A stretch of DNA of 41,420 nt from an uncultured Gammaproteobacteria bacterium. Lineage in GTDB: Bacteria; Pseudomonadota; Gammaproteobacteria; JAKDMP01. Numbering within the stretch: position 1 is the stretch's first letter; each line of letters opens with the position of its first letter. Below the pieces are notes generated by a model, which was not told the DNA's origin, made no database searches, and was given only the letters and a program-made list of their open reading frames with translations. A program made the position numbers and the translations under genes. Shown piece by piece: positions 1-9,459 of this stretch. Where the stretch lies: assembly GCA_964554305.1 (NCBI GenBank), contig CAZKOE010000002.1, positions 2,034 to 43,453 on the forward strand, written 5' to 3'.

Positions 1-830
1 GGGGAACGAAAGGGGGTTTCAGCCTTCACGCGAGCCCCCTCGAACCTGGCGAAACGTTGGCAGAATGGATAGCGGAGAGTGAAGCCGAATGGATATTCAC
101 CTCGGCCACCCTGGCCGTTGACGGCAGTTTCGACAACTTCATGCGCCAGATCGGTTTGGCGGATTTTCGCTCTCTGCTGGTGGAAAGTCCGTTCGACTAT
201 GAACGCCAGGCCCGCTTGTATCTGCCCGCCGGCCTGCCGGATGTGAACGGGACGCACTATACGGAAGCCGTCATAGCGGCCGCGGAGCCTTTGCTCCGTG
301 CAGCCGCCGGCGGCTCGTTTCTGCTTTTCACCAGCCGCAGGGCCTTGCGCCTCGGCGCCGATCTGCTCCGGGCGCGGCGCTTGGACAAGCCGCTCTTCGT
401 TCAGGGTGAAGCGCCGCCGGCCAGGCTCCTCGATCGCTTTCGTGCCGCTGGCAACGGCATTCTCTGCGGCACGGCAAGTTTCTGGAAGGGAGTGGACGTC
501 AAGGGTGAGGCCCTCGAATTTGTCGCGATAGACCGCTTGCCGTTTGCCTCGCCGGGAGAGCCCCTGTTCGAGGCGCGTCTCGAACATTGTCGTGCCGCCG
601 GGGGCAACCCGTTTCTCGATATCCAGATTCCCGAGGCCGCACTGGCACTCAAACAGGGCGCCGGCCGGCTGATCCGCGACGGGGCGGATCACGGCGTGCT
701 CATGATTGCGGATCCGCGCCTGCAGTCGCAAGGGTACGGAAAGGTTTTTCGCGCCAGCTTGCCGGGGATGCGAATCGTGCGGGACGTGGACGAGGCGGCG
801 GCGTTCCTTGCGCGCGGAGCAGTGGCTTGA
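1..830 (+). CDS. ATP-dependent DNA helicase, DinG/YoaA (XPD-like) family, C-terminal part; 5' end lies outside the window
   Basis: The frame is open from the window edge to TGA 828-830. C-terminal helicase motifs are present: FLLFTSRRAL, GTASFWKGVDVKG, IDRLPFASPGEP, QGAGRLIR. Confidence 0.85.
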   Translation, partial: GTKGGFSLHASPLEPGETLAEWIAESEAEWIFTSATLAVDGSFDNFMRQIGLADFRSLLVESPFDYERQARLYLPAGLPDVNGTHYTEAVIAAAEPLLRAAAGGSFLLFTSRRALRLGADLLRARRLDKPLFVQGEAPPARLLDRFRAAGNGILCGTASFWKGVDVKGEALEFVAIDRLPFASPGEPLFEARLEHCRAAGGNPFLDIQIPEAALALKQGAGRLIRDGADHGVLMIADPRLQSQGYGKVFRASLPGMRIVRDVDEAAAFLARGAVA

Positions 831-1480
831 ACCTGATTGCCATCGAAACCGCGAGCGGGCCCCCATCGGTTTGCCTGTGTCCCGGTGCGGGAGGGAATCT
901 GCTCTGGCGTGGCGAGCCGCGTAGCGGCCCGGAGCCGATTCTGGCTGCGGTAGGCAATTTACTTGAAACGGCCGGGTTGGCTTTCGGTGACCTCGATGTC
1001 ATCGCCTGCGGGCGTGGCCCGGGCGCCTTCACCGGGGTGCGTCTGGCCATTTCGCTTGCGCAGGGGCTTGCGCTCGGGATCGGCCGTTCCGTGCTGCCCG
1101 TCTCGGGGCTCGCGGCACTCGCCTGGCGGGCTCACTACGAGCATGGCTGGACGCGAATATTGGCCTGTCTCGACGCACGCCGTGGAGAGGTCTATTGGGC
1201 CGCTTTCGATTGCGGCGACGAGTCGCCGCGGATCTTGGGCGAGGAAGCCGTTGCCGAGCCGGAGGGGGTTGTCTTGCCGCCCGGAAAGTGGGCCTGCGCC
1301 GGCAGTGGCGTGCCATTGATTACGGTGGCGGGGGGGATGGCAACCGATTCGGGATTGACGCCGGATGCCAGGGCGATAGCCGCCGTGGCATTGCCGGCGG
1401 CCGGGAGAGGTGAGTCGGTGGCCGCCGGCGGTGTGGAGCCAGCGTACCTGCGCTGCCGGGTGGCCACGCCCAAACGATGA
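827..1480 (+). CDS. tsaB: tRNA N6-threonylcarbamoyladenosine modification protein TsaB (YeaZ)
   Basis: TTG 827 overlaps the upstream stop (TTGA). N-terminus LNLIAIETAS and GRGPGAFTGVRL are typical of TsaB. The earlier part of the listed ORF 587..1480 is an Arg/Gly-rich overlap with the helicase gene and was discarded. Confidence 0.85.
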   Translation: MNLIAIETASGPPSVCLCPGAGGNLLWRGEPRSGPEPILAAVGNLLETAGLAFGDLDVIACGRGPGAFTGVRLAISLAQGLALGIGRSVLPVSGLAALAWRAHYEHGWTRILACLDARRGEVYWAAFDCGDESPRILGEEAVAEPEGVVLPPGKWACAGSGVPLITVAGGMATDSGLTPDARAIAAVALPAAGRGESVAAGGVEPAYLRCRVATPKR

Positions 1481-1532
1481 TTCCGGGAAAGTACGCGGTT
1501 CGGGATCGGCGCGATGGGTTTTACCTTCGCCA

Positions 1533-1568
1533 ATAAAAAACCGCCCCGGTGGTTATCCCGCCGGGGCG
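1533..1568 (-). terminator. Rho-independent terminator downstream of the ompA-family gene
   Basis: Stem cgccccggtgg (1542-1552) pairs with ccgccggggcg (1558-1568) with one G-T pair and a 5-nt loop. On the minus strand it is followed by TTTTTTATT. It lies between the convergent tsaB and ompA-family genes. Confidence 0.6.
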
Positions 1569-1615
1569 ATTGAAGTTGCAAGAAAACCTGTTGTTCTGTG
1601 CGATTCCGATCCTTC

Positions 1616-2797
1616 TTACATCGAGGATTGGTCGTCGGAGCCGGGTTTCATCACGTGCAGTTCCACGCGGCGGTTCTTGGCGCGCCCTGCCGGATTGTCG
1701 TGACCGTTGATGCGGTTCGGTGCAACCGGGTCGGCCTCGCCGTAGCCATGCGTGGTCAAACGGCTCGCGTCAATGCCGTGAGCAACCAAGTATTCCTTTA
1801 CCGAGGCGGCGCGACGATCCGAAAGCTTCAGGTTGTAGGCCTTCGTACCGATGCTGTCGGTGTAGCCGGCGACCAACGCGTGAATGTTCGGATACTTGTT
1901 CAGGGTGGCGGCGGCATCGTCCAGCGACTGCTGATCTTCGGCAGTCAGTTTAGCCGAATTGAACGCGAAGTGCGTGTTCGGCAGCTTGATGGTTGCATTG
2001 ATCGGACAGCCATGTACGTCAACCTTCACACCGGGTGGCGTGTTCGGGCACTGATCGAGATAGTCCGGGACGCCGTCATTGTCGCTGTCGAGCGGGCAAC
2101 CGTGGGCATCGACCTGAACACCGGCCGGGGTGCCCGGGCATTGATCGAGGTTATCCGGCACGCCATCGCCATCGGTGTCCGCGGGTGGCGGCGGGGCCGG
2201 CGGCGGAGCAGCCTGAGGCGGTGCGCCGAACGGAATGGCGATGCCGATGCTGGCTACTGGATTGCCGATTTCGGTGCCGGTGGGATCAATACCGTTGAAA
2301 GCGCCGTTAAAACGCAAATCGGCACGTAGGTCAAAGTATGACGCAACGCGCCAGATAACGCCTACGCCAAATGTTCCGAAAGCATTGTATTCAGTATCGC
2401 CTGGATGGGGCAAACTGCCGTAGCTGTCATATTTCGCTCCCATTGCTCCGACACCGATTTCCAGATAGGGGTTCCAACTACCGCGATGAAGGAATACGAG
2501 CGCATCTAAACCGAGGTTTCTCACGGTGATAGGGAGTCCATAACTACTTACGTAGTATTGTTGGTAGTTCAGCTCGAGGCCGAAATGCTCGGTAATCGGC
2601 TTGCCAATACCAATAAAACCGCCCCAACCGTTGTACTGGCTGTGACCCATGCTTACAGGGTAGCTTGCCATGGCGGAAATGAACCAGCGGTTGTCTGGCG
2701 GGGTATTGGCGTTTTGGGCATTGGCCTTGGGCGCGAAGGCTACTCCCGCTCCCAGGGCAAGCACCAGGCCCGCTGTGATGAGTATTCTGTTGAACAT
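1616..2797 (-). CDS. OmpA-family outer membrane protein with thrombospondin type-3-like repeats (MopB-like)
   Basis: GGAGGA lies 6 nt before ATG 2797. Signal peptide MFNRILITAGLVLALGAGVAFA. Two Ca-binding repeats (DTDGDGVPDNLDQCP, DSDNDGVPDYLDQCP). C-terminal OmpA peptidoglycan-binding domain (GYTDSIGTKAYNLKLSDRRAASV). The listed longer start at 2926 has no RBS or signal-peptide logic. Confidence 0.85.
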   Translation of the reverse strand: MFNRILITAGLVLALGAGVAFAPKANAQNANTPPDNRWFISAMASYPVSMGHSQYNGWGGFIGIGKPITEHFGLELNYQQYYVSSYGLPITVRNLGLDALVFLHRGSWNPYLEIGVGAMGAKYDSYGSLPHPGDTEYNAFGTFGVGVIWRVASYFDLRADLRFNGAFNGIDPTGTEIGNPVASIGIAIPFGAPPQAAPPPAPPPPADTDGDGVPDNLDQCPGTPAGVQVDAHGCPLDSDNDGVPDYLDQCPNTPPGVKVDVHGCPINATIKLPNTHFAFNSAKLTAEDQQSLDDAAATLNKYPNIHALVAGYTDSIGTKAYNLKLSDRRAASVKEYLVAHGIDASRLTTHGYGEADPVAPNRINGHDNPAGRAKNRRVELHVMKPGSDDQSSM

Positions 2798-2985
2798 CGG
2801 TATTCCTCCGTTGAGATGAAACCAGGTAACTTCCATGCCAGCCTCCCTGTGGAGATACAGCCGACATGGGAAAAGCATAGCACATGTTTTCAAGTTTTTG
2901 CAATGATTTTGGGGTTTTAGCAACAAATGGTCCGGGGCATATCCCGGCTATAATGCGACCTTTCGCGCGGGGAGAGGACCGTTCC

Positions 2986-3546
2986 ATGCTCGAAGAACCC
3001 GGCCGCCTGATCTGGATCGACCTGGAGATGACGGGACTCAACCCCGAAAACGATCGTATTCTGGAAATTGCCACGCTGATCACCGAAAAGGATCTGACGC
3101 TCGTGGCCGTTGGCCCGGAACTCGCAATCCACCAGCCGGAAACGCGGTTGCGGACGATGGATGCCTGGAATACCGAGCATCACAATGCGTCCGGTCTGGT
3201 CGAGCGGGTGCGGGCGAGCACCGTGGACGAGTCAGGAGCCGAGGAGGCCACGTTGGCCTTTCTCCGGGAGCACGTCCCGGCCGGAGCCTCACCGATGTGT
3301 GGCAATACGGTTTCGCAGGATCGCCGCTTTCTCGCCCGCTACATGCCCGCGCTGGAGGCCTATTTCCATTACCGGCACGTGGACGTGAGCACCTTGAAGG
3401 AGCTGGCTCGACGTTGGGCCCCGGAAGTGGTGACTTCCTGGCACAAGGCGGGCGCTCATCGCGCGCTTGCCGACATCGAGGAGTCGGTCAGCGAGCTGCG
3501 TTATTATCGCGAGCGGCTCTTTCGTCCCGAATATGGTGGGCAATGA
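2986..3546 (+). CDS. orn: oligoribonuclease
   Basis: GGAGAGGA lies upstream of ATG 2986. DEDDh exonuclease motifs [11 protein letters not shown] and [11 protein letters not shown] are present. The length of about 186 aa is typical. Confidence 0.9.
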   Translation: MLEEPGRLIWIDLEMTGLNPENDRILEIATLITEKDLTLVAVGPELAIHQPETRLRTMDAWNTEHHNASGLVERVRASTVDESGAEEATLAFLREHVPAGASPMCGNTVSQDRRFLARYMPALEAYFHYRHVDVSTLKELARRWAPEVVTSWHKAGAHRALADIEESVSELRYYRERLFRPEYGGQ

Positions 3547-3572
3547 CCGGACCGGCGGGAAGTGGCTTCTCT

Positions 3573-3926
3573 CTATGATGCATGTTCGCCCGAATGTACG
3601 GGCAGTCCGGCCTGCGCCCAGGCGAGCGTGCCGCCCTCGACGACCGTGGCAGTGGGATAATCGGCGAGGATTTTCGTGCAGGCCTCGGTGGCGCGTCGTC
3701 CGGTATGGCAAATGAAATAAACGGCCGTGCCCGGCCGGTACTCCGTGCCCGCGAGGCGCGCGGCGACAGATTCGGCGGTGACTTCGCCGAGCGGCAGCGG
3801 GAGGGCACCGGCCGCGTGCACGCTGCGGTATTCTTCCGGTTCGCGCACGTCGATGATGATCGCGGTTTCGCCGGCTTCGAGCCGTGCCTGCAGGGCCTCG
3901 GGTGTGATGGTATCGGGTGTATTCAT
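3573..3926 (-). CDS. rhodanese-domain sulfurtransferase (single domain)
   Basis: The start at ATG 3926 (MNTPDTITPEAL) is consistent with a single-domain rhodanese. Active-site loop CHTGRRA. About 117 aa. Confidence 0.8.
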   Translation of the reverse strand: MNTPDTITPEALQARLEAGETAIIIDVREPEEYRSVHAAGALPLPLGEVTAESVAARLAGTEYRPGTAVYFICHTGRRATEACTKILADYPTATVVEGGTLAWAQAGLPVHSGEHAS

Positions 3927-3955
3927 GGAACTCGGCACTTGATCGGAGAACTGAC

Positions 3956-4990
3956 ATGACGATACCAGACCGCGGCCGAAGCAGGCAACAGGCGGAGTCG
4001 TTCTACCGGGCGCCGACGGCGGCGGAGATTTCCGCCGCCAAGGCACGGCTGGCGGGCCGGGTGTCGGTCACGCCGGTGCTTGCTCCCGCCGTATTCGCCG
4101 CCGAACTCGGCGCGCGCGTCGTACTGAAGTGCGAACAGTTTCAGATCACGGGTGCCTTCAAGGCGCGAGGGGCGGCCAACACCGTATTCTCGTTTGGCAA
4201 GACGGAGCTTGCACGGGGTGTCGCGACACATTCCTCGGGCAATCATGGTGCGGCGCTCGCCTGGGCGGCGCGGGCCGCGGGAACGCACGCTACCGTCGTC
4301 GTGCCTTCCAACGCCGTGGCAACAAAACGAGCCGCGATACACCGCTATGGGGGCGCGGTCGTGGATTGCGGTGCGACCCAGTCCGATCGCGAGGCGAAAC
4401 TCGCCGAAGTGTTGGAGGCGAGCGGCGCGGTCGTCGTCCATCCCTACGATGACGCCCGCGTCATCGCCGGCCAGGCGACGGCAACGATCGAATTTCTGGA
4501 AGCCGAGCCGCAGCTCTCACGGTTGCTCGTTCCGATCGGCGGCGGGGGGCTCGCTTCGGGGGCCATTCTCGCCGCACGCTGGTTGAGACGCGAGGTCGAA
4601 ATCATCGGCGTCGAGCCCGCGGGCGCGGACGATACCCGACGTTCGCTCGACGTCGGCGAGCGGATTGCCTTGGATCGTGTGGAAACGCTCGCCGACGGCC
4701 TGCGCGCTCAGATCGGCGCCGCGACCTTTCCGGTATTGCGCGATGGGCTTTCCAACCTCGTGACGGTGAGTGACGAGGAGATTATCGCCGCCATGCGCTT
4801 TGCGCTGGAAGCCTTGAAGCTGGTGATCGAGCCTTCCGCGGCCACGGTGCTCGCGGCGTTGCTGGGGGGCAAGATCGCGGCGGACCGGAAACCGACGGGT
4901 GCAATCATTTCCGGCGGCAATCTCGATTTCGGCGGTGAAGCCTGGCGGGCCGCCCTTCGCGCACCGTTCGGGGAACGCGCCGACGCGTAA
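3956..4990 (+). CDS. PLP-dependent threonine/serine dehydratase family enzyme
   Basis: GGAGAA lies before ATG 3956. PLP-lysine motif TGAFKARGA and glycine loop PIGGGGLASG are present. Confidence 0.8.
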   Translation: MTIPDRGRSRQQAESFYRAPTAAEISAAKARLAGRVSVTPVLAPAVFAAELGARVVLKCEQFQITGAFKARGAANTVFSFGKTELARGVATHSSGNHGAALAWAARAAGTHATVVVPSNAVATKRAAIHRYGGAVVDCGATQSDREAKLAEVLEASGAVVVHPYDDARVIAGQATATIEFLEAEPQLSRLLVPIGGGGLASGAILAARWLRREVEIIGVEPAGADDTRRSLDVGERIALDRVETLADGLRAQIGAATFPVLRDGLSNLVTVSDEEIIAAMRFALEALKLVIEPSAATVLAALLGGKIAADRKPTGAIISGGNLDFGGEAWRAALRAPFGERADA

Positions 4991-5090
4991 CCAGGCGAAG
5001 CCGTGCTGCTTCGGTAGGGTTGGGATACAATTTCGGCAACCCTGAAGACGCCGCTCGGCGTTGGTTCAACTCATAATCAGGAGCTTGCAC

Positions 5091-7823
5091 ATGCGCATAT
5101 TCCGTCTTTTCTCCCTGCTGGCCGCTGCCGCAGTGCTGGCGGCCTGTACCACGGCGCCCGCGCTGCGGTCCGGCTCTTCCGCATCTGCGTCGGCGAGTGC
5201 CGCGAACGCGGCGGCTCCGCAGGCTTCGAATGTCCTGCGCGCGACCCTCAAGAACGGGCTCAGGGTGGTGATCGTGCGCGACCCGTTTGCGCCCGTCGTG
5301 GCACAGCAGATCACTTATTTCGTCGGTGCCAACCAGGCTCCGGCGGGTTTTCCGGGGATCGCTCATGCCCAGGAACACATGATGTTCCGCGGCGCGCCCG
5401 GCCTCAGCAAGGATCAGCTCTCGGGCATCATTGCGCGCATGGGTGGCGTCATGGACGCTTTCACCACCAACAACATCACCTCGTACTTTTTCATCGTGCC
5501 GAAGGGCGACGTTGACGTGGCGCTGCACGTCGGAGCGATCCGCATGGCCGGCGTGAACGACAGCGAGACGCAGTGGCAATCCGAGCGCGGCGCGATCGAA
5601 CAGGAAGTCGCACGCGACAATTCCGCCTCCTTCTACAAACTCTACGAGAAGATGTTGGCGCACATGTTCGCCGGTACACCCTATGCGCACACGGCACTCG
5701 GTACGAAGGCGTCCTTTGACAAGCTCACGGCCGCTCGGCTCAAGCAATTCCATGACACTTGGTACGCTCCGAACAACGCCATGCTGGTGGTGACGGGGGA
5801 CGTGAATCCACAAACCGTTCTCGGCAAGATCAAGGCGCTTTACGGTGCTATCCCGGCGAAGAAAATTCCCGCCAAACCCGCAATCACTCTGGCCCCGGTC
5901 GTGGCCACAACCTTCACCACGCCGAGCGACCTGCCCGCCGGCATCGTGGCCGTTGCTTTTCGTATGCCAGGCCTCGACAGTTCGGATTACCCGGCTGCCC
6001 AGCTTGTCGCCGACGCGCTTGCCTCCAAACGCGGGCCAATTCGGGCACTCCAATATGAGGGCAAGGCGCTTGCCGCGACCTTCCAGATGTTCAGCAATCC
6101 GATGTCGGCCGATCGCGGTGTCGGACTGGGTCTGGCCATCGCCGTGTATCCGCCCGGCGGCGATGCGAACAGCGTGAAACAGGCTCTGATCGGTGCCATC
6201 GAGCAGGTGCGTAAAAACGGCATCGCTCCCGATCTCATTGCGGCGGCCAAGCGGCGGGCGATCCTTTCCCACGAGTTACAGCAGAATTCAATTTTTGGTC
6301 TTGCAATGAACTGGACGGGCGCGATTGCCCTCGAAGGCTTGAATTCGCCCGCTGAGTCGCTGGTCCGATTGCGTCAGGTGACACCCGATCAAGTGAACGC
6401 GCTGGTGCAAAAACGTCTCGACCTGGATCACGCCATTACCCTGATCGCCGAGCCTACGCCGGGGGCTCAACCCAAGATGGGCAGCGGCTTCGGCGGCAAG
6501 GAATCGTTCACGAGCAAGCCGAGCGGCCCGGTGACATTGCCGGAGTGGGCCCGGCGGGCGCTCGCCAAGCTGCCCCGACCCACGCCTTTCCTGCACCCGA
6601 CCGACATGCGGTTGGCAAACGGGTTGCGCCTGATCGTCCAGCCGCTGCACGTGAGCCATTCGGTGAGCCTCTACGGAGTCGTGCACCAGAACGAAAACCT
6701 GCAGGCGCCGAAGGGCGAGGAGGGCATTGGTGGTCTGCTTGGTTCGCTCTTCGACTATGGTCCCCAGGGCATGACCCGGCTCGAGTACGATGCCGCGCAG
6801 GACAAGATCGGCGCCAACCTGTCGGTTGGGCCGGATTTTTCGCTCCAGGTACTGCCGCAGTATTTCGATGCCGGCGTGAAGCTCCTTGCGAACGACCTCC
6901 TGAATCCGGCGTTGCCGCAGCAGGCATTTCAGAAGCAACAACTCCTTCAGGCACGGCAGGCCGCGGGGCAGGTCAAAAGCCCTCAGTTCAAATTCCAGCG
7001 CGCCGTCCAGAAGGCTCTGTTGCCCGAGGGCGACCCGGCTCTCAGGCTTGCGACCTACAAGACCATCGGTTCGCTCTCGCTCGCCAATCTGAAGGATTAC
7101 TACGGCAAAGTTTACCGGCCGGACGAGACCACTATCGTCGTGATCGGTGACATTACACCGGCATCGGCAAAGGCGGCGGTGGAAAAGTATTTTGGCGATT
7201 GGAAGGCTTCGGGCCCCACGCCCGACCTCGATTATGGCCCGGTTCCTCTTTCGAAGAAAACACATGTCTTCGTTCCGGACGCGCAAAAGAAACAGGACCA
7301 GGTAGTGCTGGCGGAGACATTGGATTTGAATTTCACCAATCCCGATCATTTCGCGCTCGAACTCGCGAATGATTACCTCTCCGGCGGCTTTTACGCCACG
7401 CCGCTCTATCGCGTGCTGCGCGAGAAGCTGGGGCTGGTGTACAACGTTGGCGCGAGTTTCGATTTCGAGCGGCATCGCGGGAATTTCCAGCTCCACTACG
7501 GCTCCTACCCGCAGAAGGTGGACGAGGCGCAGGATGCGGCGCTCAACGTGCTCAAGGGCGTGATCGCGAAGCCGCTGACACCGGACGAGTTGCACCTCGC
7601 GAAGTCCATCGGCCTGCGCCAGATCCAGCTCGGCAAGCAGAGCGTCGGTGCGATCGCCCGGGACTGGCTCGGCCGCAGCGAGGACGGCTTGCCGCTCGAC
7701 TGGGATTACACGATGGCGCGGCACTTTGAGAAACTCACGGCGCCGGAGATTCAGCAGGCGCTCAAGAAGTATCTCGATCCGGACCGGTTGTCCACCATCG
7801 TGCTCGGCCAGCCGACGAAATGA
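5091..7823 (+). CDS. M16 (pitrilysin/insulinase) family zinc peptidase, large two-module lipoprotein
   Basis: CAGGAG lies before ATG 5091. Lipoprotein-type signal MRIFRLFSLLAAAAVLAAC. Inverted zincin motif HAQEHMMFRG. The 910 aa length is consistent with a fused double M16 module. Confidence 0.85.
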   Translation: MRIFRLFSLLAAAAVLAACTTAPALRSGSSASASASAANAAAPQASNVLRATLKNGLRVVIVRDPFAPVVAQQITYFVGANQAPAGFPGIAHAQEHMMFRGAPGLSKDQLSGIIARMGGVMDAFTTNNITSYFFIVPKGDVDVALHVGAIRMAGVNDSETQWQSERGAIEQEVARDNSASFYKLYEKMLAHMFAGTPYAHTALGTKASFDKLTAARLKQFHDTWYAPNNAMLVVTGDVNPQTVLGKIKALYGAIPAKKIPAKPAITLAPVVATTFTTPSDLPAGIVAVAFRMPGLDSSDYPAAQLVADALASKRGPIRALQYEGKALAATFQMFSNPMSADRGVGLGLAIAVYPPGGDANSVKQALIGAIEQVRKNGIAPDLIAAAKRRAILSHELQQNSIFGLAMNWTGAIALEGLNSPAESLVRLRQVTPDQVNALVQKRLDLDHAITLIAEPTPGAQPKMGSGFGGKESFTSKPSGPVTLPEWARRALAKLPRPTPFLHPTDMRLANGLRLIVQPLHVSHSVSLYGVVHQNENLQAPKGEEGIGGLLGSLFDYGPQGMTRLEYDAAQDKIGANLSVGPDFSLQVLPQYFDAGVKLLANDLLNPALPQQAFQKQQLLQARQAAGQVKSPQFKFQRAVQKALLPEGDPALRLATYKTIGSLSLANLKDYYGKVYRPDETTIVVIGDITPASAKAAVEKYFGDWKASGPTPDLDYGPVPLSKKTHVFVPDAQKKQDQVVLAETLDLNFTNPDHFALELANDYLSGGFYATPLYRVLREKLGLVYNVGASFDFERHRGNFQLHYGSYPQKVDEAQDAALNVLKGVIAKPLTPDELHLAKSIGLRQIQLGKQSVGAIARDWLGRSEDGLPLDWDYTMARHFEKLTAPEIQQALKKYLDPDRLSTIVLGQPTK

Positions 7824-8068
7824 AGAAGTGAGGGAAGAGAAGTGAGAAGTGGGAGCGCAACATCTTTTGCTTCTTGCGCTCTTCTCTTGCTGTTATCGCT
7901 GGCGAGCAGGTTGGGCTGAACGGCAGTGAAGCACAACGCGAACGCCAGTCCGTAAACGGCGTTGGTTTCGCGTTGCTCAGCCCGCCTGCAGCATCAATAG
8001 CAGTGAGAAATGAAGCGCATGACATTCCGTATTCTCGCTCCTCACTTCTTTTCCCTCTTTACTTCTTC
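7822..8068. repeat. Long imperfect palindrome / MITE-like element filling the spacer between convergent genes
   Basis: Left arm GAAGAAGTGAGGGAAGAGAAGTGAGAAGTGGGAGCG (7822-7857). The reverse complement of 8036-8068 is GAAGAAGTAAAGAGGGAAAAGAAGTGAGGAGCG. Interior segments are also mutually complementary, for example 7930-7946 with 7958-7977. Confidence 0.6.
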
Positions 8069-8814
8069 CTGTAAACGGCCATGGCTCCCCAGGCTTGTGC
8101 CGTCGGCATGATTTCGATGCGGGTGACATCCACGTGCGCGGGTTGGGCAACCGCCCACAGTACCGCACGGGCGATATCCTCGCCGGTCAGAGGATGCACG
8201 TTCCGGTAGGGGGCTTTGGCTTTCGCGGTATCGCCCTTGAAGCGAACCTGTGAGAACTCGGTTTCCGCGAGTCCCGGTGCGATGTCGGTAACGCGCAGGC
8301 CTGAGCCGAGGAGGTCGGCGCGAAGGTTTCGCGAGAATTGCCAGACGAAGGCCTTGGTCGCGCCGTACACGTTGCCGCCCGGATAGGGATTGTCGGCGGC
8401 GATCGAGCCGATGTTGACGATGTGACCGCGCCCGCGCTCGACCATGCCCGGCAGAAGCGCGCGTGTGACGTACAACAGGCCCTTGATGTTGGTATTCACC
8501 ATCGTCTCCCAGTCGCCGGGATCGGTTTTGTGCGCCGGTTCGAGGCCGAGCGCGAGGCCCGCGTTGTTGACCAGAACGTCGATGGGCGGGAAGGTTGCCG
8601 GAATGGTGGCCAGAGCCGCTTCGACGGCGTCCCGCTCGCGCAGGTCGAAGGCAAGCGGGAAGAAACGCTCGCCGAGGTCACCGCGCAGCCTTTCCAGCCG
8701 TTCGCGCCGTCGCCCCGTACCGATAACCTGCCAACCCGCACCTGCGAATGCGCGCGCAATTGCTGCGCCGAAACCGGCCGTCGCGCCCGTGACCAGCAGC
8801 ACTTTGCCCGTCAT
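8059..8814 (-). CDS. SDR-family NAD(P)-dependent oxidoreductase (YdfG-like)
   Basis: TGATAGFG cofactor motif, NNAG, and catalytic YGATKAF are present. 251 aa. Confidence 0.85.
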   Translation of the reverse strand: MTGKVLLVTGATAGFGAAIARAFAGAGWQVIGTGRRRERLERLRGDLGERFFPLAFDLRERDAVEAALATIPATFPPIDVLVNNAGLALGLEPAHKTDPGDWETMVNTNIKGLLYVTRALLPGMVERGRGHIVNIGSIAADNPYPGGNVYGATKAFVWQFSRNLRADLLGSGLRVTDIAPGLAETEFSQVRFKGDTAKAKAPYRNVHPLTGEDIARAVLWAVAQPAHVDVTRIEIMPTAQAWGAMAVYRKK

Positions 8815-8818
8815 CTGT

Positions 8819-9448
8819 TCACCGGTCTTCTTGCAACTGCCGCATCAGCCGCGCGGTTTCCCGCCCGGGTCCGTCCGCGTCCCTGATCAGTGCTTCGATT
8901 ACGCCGGCGCGGTCGGCCGCGTTCCGGTTCTGGCTGAGCTTGAATTTGCCTTCGAGCCGCTCGATCGGCATCTCGAAGGTGGTGATGTAATTCATTTGAT
9001 CGTTGATGTAATCTTCACCCGCGTCGGCTGTACACCAGGGTTGTGGATTCCGTGCTTCGTGTTCGGTGACGAGCACCTCCAGCATGGCGCGCACACGGGC
9101 CTTCTCCGTTATGACTTGCGGACGTCCGTGGGCATGTACGACAGCGTAGTTCCAGGTTGGGACTTCAGTCGGCTTTTCGTACCAGGAGGGCGAAACATAG
9201 GCCTGCGGTCCGGTGAAGACCACGAGCGATTCGCGTTCCCCGTCGAAACGGCGCCAGTGGGGGTTGGCGCGTGCCATGTGCGCGGTGAGTGTGCCTCGTT
9301 CGCCACGTGCGGCGTCGAACAGGAACGGCAGATGCGTCGCCTCGATGTGGCCCTCGAAAACCGTGAGAAGCAGGGCGAAGGGATATGCGCGCATCAGCGC
9401 ATGGAGCTGGGCCGGATCGCTTTCCCTGAAGGCTTCGGGCGTATACAT
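8819..9448 (-). CDS. FMN-binding negative transcriptional regulator, PaiB family
   Basis: The N-terminal pattern MYTPEAFRESDPAQLHALMRAYPFALLL...ATHLPFL and the length of about 209 aa match my recollection of PaiB-like proteins. It sits 4 nt upstream of the SDR gene on the same strand. Confidence 0.7.
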   Translation of the reverse strand: MYTPEAFRESDPAQLHALMRAYPFALLLTVFEGHIEATHLPFLFDAARGERGTLTAHMARANPHWRRFDGERESLVVFTGPQAYVSPSWYEKPTEVPTWNYAVVHAHGRPQVITEKARVRAMLEVLVTEHEARNPQPWCTADAGEDYINDQMNYITTFEMPIERLEGKFKLSQNRNAADRAGVIEALIRDADGPGRETARLMRQLQEDR

Positions 9449-9459
9449 TGTCGCGCGCG

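Noticed and set aside
2040-2170. Tandem DNA repeat of about 75 nt inside the ompA-family gene, and the AT-richer 5' half of that gene
   Set aside because: The repeat simply encodes two thrombospondin type-3 calcium-binding units of the protein. The composition shift matches the Tyr/Asn/Gly/Phe-rich beta-barrel domain, so it is not evidence of a mosaic or independent repeat.
4905-7724. 455-aa and 478-aa minus-strand ORFs opposite the M16 peptidase gene
   Set aside because: These are antisense artefacts. The plus-strand gene has the HxxEH motif, a lipoprotein signal and sensible composition.
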